Shown in pieces: positions 8,001-11,976 of a stretch of 11,976 bases of DNA. Origin of the DNA: an uncultured Nitrososphaerota archaeon (GTDB lineage: Archaea; Asgardarchaeota; Njordarchaeia; Njordarchaeales; Panguiarchaeaceae); NCBI GenBank assembly GCA_964636085.1, contig CAZWPQ010000048.1:1-11976 (forward strand). Reading direction: 5' to 3'. The translations under genes and the position numbers were made by a program. Numbering within the stretch: position 1 is the stretch's first letter; every line of letters starts with the position of its first letter. The notes below the pieces were generated by a model. The model was not told where the DNA came from and did no database searches. It saw nothing but the letters and a program-made list of their open reading frames with translations.

Positions 8001-9492
8001 ATATTGGTTAGCTATAGGCCGCAAATACGCCGAACACTTCGAAATATATGTTGATGGCAATCCAGTAAATACGTCTATACCCAGCACAGAAGAAAGTTGC
8101 ACACTAACTGGGCTTCCAGAGGGGCTACACATAATCGAGGTTCGCATGATAGATCTTGCTGGAAGAACCTCAATAACCACTACAAGGATATATGTCGATA
8201 TTACGCCTCCGACGGTAACGGTTAATAGTCCAACAGATGGTAGCTATATCAATAAGAGTAGTGTAACTGTGGCATGGTCTGGGTCTGACAACTATGATAT
8301 TGACCACTATGAGATTTATGTCGATGGTAGCCCAGTAAATATCAGCATCCCGGCCGATGTTACCAGCTGTGTGCTTGATCTTAATGAGGGTGATCACACC
8401 ATCGTTGTCAAGGCTGTTGATTTGGCTGGTAATGAGGCGTCGGACTCTGTGACTATTCATATAGACTTGACGCCTCCAATGGTAACAATTGATGAGCCAT
8501 GCGATGGATATGTTACTAATGAGACCGAAATCCTAGTGAGGTGGTCAAGTACAGACAATTATGATATTGATCATTATGAGCTCTATGTAGATGATAGTCC
8601 CTTAAATACTAGTATTCCAGTCAATGTAGAAAGTTATGTTATAATGTTAACTGAAGGCCATCATACGATCATTGTTAGGGCTGTTGATAAAGCGGGAAAT
8701 GTGGGGGAGGCTGGCGTATCGGTAAGGATAATGATGGGTAGTGTATCTCCCCAGATGAGTATCCAGCCTCTTGGGTTCGTGGTTGATTATCCACAGTACT
8801 TCAATACTACAAATGTTAGTATAATGATGAATGTTACGGCATATACCGAGTATACAGTAATGATATATGTTAATCAGACACTATGGAGCTCAACATACTT
8901 TATGGAGAACATAACGAATGAAGTATTCCAAATAAATCTTGTGAGTGTTCTAGGTAATGCGCCTGAGGGAGCATATAATGTATCGATTGTTGTTGTTGAT
9001 AGATTCGGAAATAGTATCTCGAGATCATTGATAGTTTATGTAGACCTATCTGAACCCACAGTGCAGGTAGAGGCCCCGAGCGAGGGGACAATAATCGAAG
9101 AGGATCATGTTGAAGTGAGGGGCATAGTAACTGATGATCTCAGCGGGATATATAAGGTATGGATAAGGATCGATGGTGGCGAATGGGAAGAGGTCACTAT
9201 TTCGCCTGATGGCTCATTTAGCTATACATTTGAGGATCTAGAGGATGGAAACCACGTAATAATCATAAGAGCTATCGATAAGGCAGGAAATATTGCCACT
9301 GAAAGCATAAGCTTTACTGTAAGGCTCCCCGCAAAGCCATGGTCTTCAAAGATATTGATATGGGCATTACTGCTTTCGACATTAGTGATTGGATTGGTCA
9401 TAGGTGTTGTTGTACTTAAAAAGAAGAAGGCTAAGGGGGTCTTACCAATAGAAACGGAGGACACTTCATTAATAGACTATGCTGAACTATAG
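2029..9492 (+). CDS. Giant membrane-anchored gingipain-like cysteine protease (peptidase C25, clan CD) with propeptide, Ig-like, GATase-like, 3x(CARDB + jelly-roll) and C-terminal Ig/FN3-like repeats
   Basis: 2487 aa. Signal peptide (RYVRSLVLLGVLLLASISSILWMKA), then a C25 propeptide-like region (GEPLLP..VALP, YP..GYIRG..LNPIQ). The C25 domain spans ~2983-4131: YDCVIIT, IRNFI, EYVLIIGD..IP, TDMYYACLDG, PELVVGRIP, catalytic NFWDHGS (His552, nt 3682), AMAC (Cys595, nt 3811), GAIAYFGSAR and FLGDP. TM helix 9352-9417 followed by KKKKAK. The true start may be GTG 2035 or TTG 2038, since AGGTGA overlaps the GTG at 2029. Confidence 0.93.
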   Translation: MNVLYRYVRSLVLLGVLLLASISSILWMKASSMENTVEQGDVAKNNKSYVKSGGLSDKNRWNDIFGEVSNVEDAGSGGIPDIFFKPRYLQERPYYRVPPRQGSLDVDYKYTLSGNSGEIIIHIRFKDPRMTPIKINDTTYYIISLEGCGLSGGYGEPLLPICTIGVALPTHAELVGVLASAYETRFVGKYVPVPKQRPVPIGMDQSKNEFLINEEIYGLQTLYPENILNDYHIGYIRGIPIVRISLNPIQIIPASGGVYHNAEVKVVVRFSLPSNYKYGTYDRKSKRFVKELLGSSVIGLSEALEYSEAVFSNSLRGTYDCVIITHDDYYELAELYKTWKEEKGLSIYIANLSSILNNYTGVDASEKIRNFIIQAYNDWGIEYVLIIGDADDIPPREVYDPYPYWGAPDIDNGTIPTDMYYACLDGNWNADGDTIWGEVEDDVDWYPELVVGRIPGDSTEEIGRAIKRLILYEFAPAGGDWRRKALLLGAQAFDYDDGAQFFNRMIQNYIQYTDYEPIKLYDTVDSPNDNLTTENTINYIVNGVAIVNFWDHGSPDTWWQNVHSTGGDPLLSSYDVYSNILIREVMYPFIFAMACATVPFDHESMDNNMGESWFRTEIAGAIAYFGSARIAFAGDDGMDGLNDRWWFAIKRYWIDNMTQPIGWLIARAKINLTQSYDPDVYGNEVSRKTLLETAFLGDPELGMLIADNLTVNIKNETISVDPGQTLTIMGNVTRTLTGVGIAATIKIWILTRDIDIISSCVVTSFNNGSFTAQLNIPTGTSPGEYILAVFARAGDEIGRVGKLMRIGTLKVSVTSEEFVQLYHYVNISGRVLTKTGTPVENAEVNITIIDVYDNIVNEGTVITNITGFFTYSWNVTTASEFRIHVTACDPTRAHWGANETSFIGAKGIIKIAVIDSWGSDAPISVTTFLGLQKNWYEYGDYLLEFDRESLNKDGITLSDIFNSSADVLFISDAWNSYYGWEFTDEEIDAIKGYVSAGHGIIGTGGTLSSGASNNMKLAEMFGYASEPAGSWGSDFEPIFNILNSSHPIFAGVASPYEAGMNYTVTGLELDSNSPATIIAKSVDELAQISEHMYGRGMTIYFTSMPEVNYPSIGYTPTIEDYIVLYNAIVYAYEYSTPAPYEFVPEEVEAPILIDVGETALINATIVNVGYENATGVTVRLIVDGEEKSSQLVDIPGMGSVNMTFSYSPTQYRMSNVTISVDTLPGEAYVGNNNKSAPMIVAKKIYENDFETDPTAEWSIVGSNASWEWGEPMSGPGSAYSGQYCWATNLTSTYNNYENSMLVSPEIEIPDNASNVYVLFYHWFEIENWYDSARLMIYDGTKWDLVEPIIGIEYSDTYYGRGWTGESKEWIIAVFDIAEYRGKKVKLGFNITSDVIVSYDGWYIDDVVVAYISYEHQLRISDVYMDKLFIYGEDRDITVLVANEGTNNETGIDVKLYINETLWDSQTIDINSMEKQNVTFTVNVNKSLIGILNVRITVEQVLGEYVTEDNEVEMVAYGGTYLYENDFETDPTAEWSITGTNPSWEWGKPTSGPGSAHSGQYCWATNLDGNYNYSEESRLVKIFRGLSYFHSIPKILVVFYHWYSIELGWDFAWFEISHKGTAWIKLAPMEGPEYYYIGWSGSSNDWVKSMFDITNYVKEDEDVYIAFHLSSDYIIAYDGWYIDDVKIFITAILYHDVGVAGAKVPESVEYCEDIAINATIVNNGLENETNIVVDLLINGTLVDSVTIPELESHDKAIVSFNWTVYLVGPLNVTINITPISGDEILRNNKYSEIMFSIALIIEYDFEETPGPEWFIIGSNSSWEWGEPTSGPGSAHSGQYCWATNLDGNYNYTEDSYLILNLSAFPITLGAEELLYAAVYIWYDIESWYDGARVEASSDLSRWTILNPVTGPEYDNTEYGDAWSGQISSWTQVLFDLTGMGTTGYLGFHMMSDTSVSYYGIYIDDLSILACEYPRAIIISPRNDTYTLDTITIYWLAIGRKYAEHFEIYVDGNPVNTSIPSTEESCTLTGLPEGLHIIEVRMIDLAGRTSITTTRIYVDITPPTVTVNSPTDGSYINKSSVTVAWSGSDNYDIDHYEIYVDGSPVNISIPADVTSCVLDLNEGDHTIVVKAVDLAGNEASDSVTIHIDLTPPMVTIDEPCDGYVTNETEILVRWSSTDNYDIDHYELYVDDSPLNTSIPVNVESYVIMLTEGHHTIIVRAVDKAGNVGEAGVSVRIMMGSVSPQMSIQPLGFVVDYPQYFNTTNVSIMMNVTAYTEYTVMIYVNQTLWSSTYFMENITNEVFQINLVSVLGNAPEGAYNVSIVVVDRFGNSISRSLIVYVDLSEPTVQVEAPSEGTIIEEDHVEVRGIVTDDLSGIYKVWIRIDGGEWEEVTISPDGSFSYTFEDLEDGNHVIIIRAIDKAGNIATESISFTVRLPAKPWSSKILIWALLLSTLVIGLVIGVVVLKKKKAKGVLPIETEDTSLIDYAEL
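5446..7930 (+). repeat. Three tandem ~277-aa (831-834 bp) intragenic modules: CARDB-like Ig domain + jelly-roll (cleaved-adhesin/MAM/immune-inhibitor-A-like) domain
   Basis: Each module has I.a.v.N.G..N.T...V.L.i.....S (CARDB-like) followed by DFE..P..EW.I.G.N.SWEWG.P.SGPGSA.SGQYCWATNL...SD......G.YIDD. Measured offsets between copies are 831 and 834 bp. Confidence 0.88.
7942..8730 (+). repeat. Three tandem ~89-aa Ig/FN3-like domains (a further diverged copy lies at ~9045-9325)
   Basis: Repeating P.V.I.SP.DG......V.W...DNYDIDHYEIYVDG.PVN.SIP........L.EG.H.I.V.AVD.AGN; offsets 270 and 267 bp. Confidence 0.85.
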
Positions 9493-9506
9493 GAGATCTA
9501 GAACTA

Positions 9507-9526
9507 TTTATTTTTCTTTTTTCTTT
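9507..9526 (+). terminator. Putative oligo-T terminator of the protease gene
   Basis: TTTATTTTTCTTTTTTCTTT begins 15 nt after the TAG at 9490-9492. Confidence 0.4.
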
Positions 9527-9815
9527 ACAATGTCTATGATGTACTTTTTCGAAACAGCTTTTATGGCATATGATCTTATCATAATGAAGTATCTTAAAGG
9601 GTCTTTATTCTTATCCAAATCTTTCTTAGAAACATTTTATAATCGCTCCAGTGCAACAAGATTAAAGTCATGACGGGCTGTTTGTTTTCACTAGTTTACC
9701 CTCTGCTAAGACCGAATGTTCTGTCATAAATATATGCACATTGTTGCTAACTGTGCACAGAAGTGAAAAAGTTTATTATGTTGCTATGTTGGGCTTTTTG
9801 GACTAGAGTTTGGTG

Positions 9816-11306
9816 TTATGGGAGTCTTGTTTTTCCTTCTTTTGCTATGATTTTTAGTGCTGGTTTCTCAAGTAGATATATTCTTGCTCCTCCCTCTATG
9901 AGGTATTTTGCTTTGTCTATTGCCTCTTTTGTGAATCCCATGTAGGCGATTAGTATTCCCTTTGATACTTTCACTCCAGTATTCTCGGCGATCGCTATTT
10001 TATGTGCCAGTTGAACTACTTTTTCTTGGTCTGCTAGTCCTACCGTTATTTCGTAAATATCTGCGTTGTTTCTATCAATATAGGCTATCGCGTCTATTTC
10101 TCCGAGGGCGCCCTCATACCTAATCACTTTCCGATATGGACCGACACTAATTTTTCTTCCTAGGACATCCTCGATGATTACTGATTTATCTATACTGAAT
10201 AGTGCCTCTCTTATTAGTGCCTCAAAACCATATGACAATATTTTTAGTCTTTGCTCCGATACCTTCCTGTATTCACCAAATTCATGCATCTGCAACCATG
10301 CTTCAAATAGCTTGTCCGTTATTAGGTAATGTGTTTCTTTGCGTGACTTTATGACTTTCCTTATAATGCCCTTCCTCACCAATATTTCGAGTATTGAGTA
10401 CGCACTAGGGATCCTACGGACAATCTCGCTGGCCCGACTAAGCTTTCTACTTAAATGCGCAAGTATTTCTTGTTCTGTTGGCGAAAATTTCTCAAATAAT
10501 AACTTGAAATAAGCGTTGAGCGTTCCGCCGAGCAATTCATCGTGTAGAGTATTCTCAATATCCTCAGGAGACGCCTCTGTCCTCACAGCTGATGTTAGTA
10601 TAACTATGTAGAGCGGTACTCCAAATGTCGCCTCTGCAAGCCGAATAATCGATTCCTCACTCAAGATTTTATCTTTAGCCTTAAGTTGGGATTTAATGAG
10701 CCCTATACTAGCGCAGAATGATAGTGGTTCCAGAAATATTACTTGTTTCATTTCCTTGAAGAGGGGAGCTGAGTAGTCTCTAGTGAGCGTATATATCGAT
10801 TCCAATGATGTATCAGCAGTTATTATCGGCACGGCATATGTGTCTAGAAGACCCTTAATGTGCTCAGCAACGGCCACTGCACCACCATATCCCCTATATG
10901 GATTCCTCATGCCGAATCTGGCCAGGAGAGTAGATATTTCGTCAAATATTATGAATCTAATCTCATTTTCCGAGGAGAATCTAAACACGAGATCAAGAGC
11001 TTTCTTAGAATCCACACGCCTAGGGATTAGACTTAGAAAACTTTTCCGTGCTTCATTGAACTGTGGAATATTGAGTGCTATCTCCATCAAGTTCTCTGCA
11101 AAAATATCCAGCAAATCTCGGCCACTATATATCCTTAGACAATTAACGTAGACACCCGGGACACCATCCTCCATAAATGCTTTATGAAAAACCTTTAGGA
11201 GCGCGGTCTTACCGTATCCCCGCAGACTCAAAATCATGACGCTAGCCCCCGCATCAACAGCCTTTCTCAGTAAAGATAGCTCCTCATGCCGATCTACAAA
11301 TATCAT
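9816..11306 (-). CDS. Archaeal ATPase (COG1672/ATPase_2-like P-loop NTPase) with winged HTH and C-terminal PD-(D/E)xK-like domain
   Basis: Start revised to ATG 11306 (MIFVDRHEEL, the typical 'F.dRe.El' N-terminus), with SD AGGTGA at 11311-11316; 496 aa. Walker A SLRGYGKT, YVNC strand, Walker B IIFDEIS, LEPLS, TFGVPLY (GxP), wHTH-like SPTEQEIL..LVRKGII..YLITDKLFEAW, and C-terminal FEALIRE..GEIDAIA..IYEIT. Confidence 0.88.
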   Translation of the reverse strand: MIFVDRHEELSLLRKAVDAGASVMILSLRGYGKTALLKVFHKAFMEDGVPGVYVNCLRIYSGRDLLDIFAENLMEIALNIPQFNEARKSFLSLIPRRVDSKKALDLVFRFSSENEIRFIIFDEISTLLARFGMRNPYRGYGGAVAVAEHIKGLLDTYAVPIITADTSLESIYTLTRDYSAPLFKEMKQVIFLEPLSFCASIGLIKSQLKAKDKILSEESIIRLAEATFGVPLYIVILTSAVRTEASPEDIENTLHDELLGGTLNAYFKLLFEKFSPTEQEILAHLSRKLSRASEIVRRIPSAYSILEILVRKGIIRKVIKSRKETHYLITDKLFEAWLQMHEFGEYRKVSEQRLKILSYGFEALIREALFSIDKSVIIEDVLGRKISVGPYRKVIRYEGALGEIDAIAYIDRNNADIYEITVGLADQEKVVQLAHKIAIAENTGVKVSKGILIAYMGFTKEAIDKAKYLIEGGARIYLLEKPALKIIAKEGKTRLP

Positions 11307-11329
11307 GCAATCACCTATAAATATTAATA

Positions 11330-11360
11330 CTAAAAAATTTTTTACAATAAAATTTTTTAG
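11330..11360. promoter_or_regulatory. 12-7-12 inverted repeat in the promoter region of the second ATPase
   Basis: CTAAAAAATTTT-TTACAAT-AAAATTTTTTAG has perfect 12-bp arms and lies 24-54 nt upstream of ATG 11306. It is low complexity. Confidence 0.35.
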
Positions 11361-11667
11361 GAAAAAGAGCAACATGAATACAAATAATCCAAGTTATGTC
11401 AACAATAGGCCCCATCAGTAATGGAGATATAGCCATATAGATTTCTAAAGATCTACAGGACATAAAACAACACAATACATAGCACCGACAAAAATAGCCT
11501 AGTCTATTTCCAGTTCTGCCGAATCTATGCCTCCTCACACCACACCGCATCCTCGCTATACGATCCACATGACGCATCGTATGATTTCGCCAAAATAACC
11601 ACTACGTGGTCGTATCCATTTTTTATTTGAAATAAAATATATGAGTACAGGCGTTGGTGTGATATGG

Positions 11668-11976
11668 ATGAGCATTAAGCTCATAAAGAAACTGTCATCC
11701 TCACCGAGATGGAATGTATGGCTTGGGGCGATGGACGGGCAGAAGGTGGTTGTTAAGGCCCCAGCGTTCACAATAACGCCGAGGGAAATGGAATACTACG
11801 CCAAGAGGGCGGCGATATGGTGGGAGCTGAAGAACAACAAGAATATAGCGGAGCTCGTGGCGTATGATAGGAAGAATGCGGCGTTCATAATAAAGTACTA
11901 CCCAAAAACGCTGAGGCAGATACTGGAGCGGAGGGGGAGGCTACCGGTGGGGCTTGCGAGGGGGATAATCTTGGGT
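11668..11976 (+). CDS. N-lobe of a Hanks-type Ser/Thr protein kinase-like protein (partial, runs off the window; degenerate motifs)
   Basis: Open frame from ATG 11641 to the window end. ATG 11668 has GGTGTGA 5 nt upstream and is preferred. MSIKLIKKLSSSPRWNVWLGAMDGQKVVVKAPAFTITPREMEYYAKRAAIWWELKNNKNIAELVAYDRKNAAFIIKYYPKTLRQILERRGRLPVGLARGIILG: KVVVK (VAIK), NKNIAEL (HPNIVKL) and FIIKYYPKTLRQIL (LVMEY..GSL) occur in the correct order and spacing for subdomains I-VIa. Confidence 0.78.
   Translation, partial: MSIKLIKKLSSSPRWNVWLGAMDGQKVVVKAPAFTITPREMEYYAKRAAIWWELKNNKNIAELVAYDRKNAAFIIKYYPKTLRQILERRGRLPVGLARGIILG

Noticed and set aside
9735-9760. TGCACA..TGTGCA dyad and CTGTGCACAG palindrome; also small dyads at 11598-11610 and 11621-11637
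   Set aside because: Short or low-complexity symmetry expected by chance, with no supporting context.
618-11151. Remaining short ORFs nested in or antisense to the three long genes
   Set aside because: Typical shadow ORFs fully overlapping well-supported CDSs.
11307-11375. N-terminal 23-aa extension of the second ATPase given in the ORF track
   Set aside because: It runs through A/T-tract promoter DNA. ATG 11306 has an AGGTGA SD and gives the family-typical MIFVDR start.
11311-11771. ORFs 11311..11577(-), 11556..11771(-) and 11236..11421(+)
   Set aside because: Atypical Cys/Arg-rich or antisense composition, overlap with promoter or real genes, and no recognisable motifs.
1-11976. CRISPR array, tRNA or rRNA genes
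   Set aside because: No regularly spaced 25-40 bp repeats, cloverleaf/T-loop motif or rRNA-like sequence seen in the intergenic regions.

Overview
Archaeal-looking accessory region (AGGTGA/GGTGG Shine-Dalgarno sites, TTTAAA/TTATAA TATA-like boxes, oligo-T terminators; lineage cannot be fixed from sequence alone). Left to right: the 3' end of a probable GT4-type glycosyltransferase; an AAA_14/DUF4143 (COG1373-type) ATPase on the minus strand; a divergent 2487-aa membrane-anchored gingipain-like (peptidase C25) surface protein with CARDB, jelly-roll and Ig repeats; a convergent COG1672-type ATPase-wHTH-nuclease-like gene; and the 5' end of a GC-richer, degenerate Hanks-type kinase, which is absent from the ORF track because it runs off the window. 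The most unusual structure is a 232-bp inverted duplication with 2 mismatches (268-499 / 1744-1975). It copies the promoter, a triple GTACAATT operator-like array and the first 58 codons of the AAA_14 gene to just beyond that gene's own 3' end, stopping inside the Walker A motif. The intervening 1.24 kb could therefore flip while leaving an intact gene, or the copy could make antisense or hairpin RNA. All family calls come from motif recognition, not database searches.
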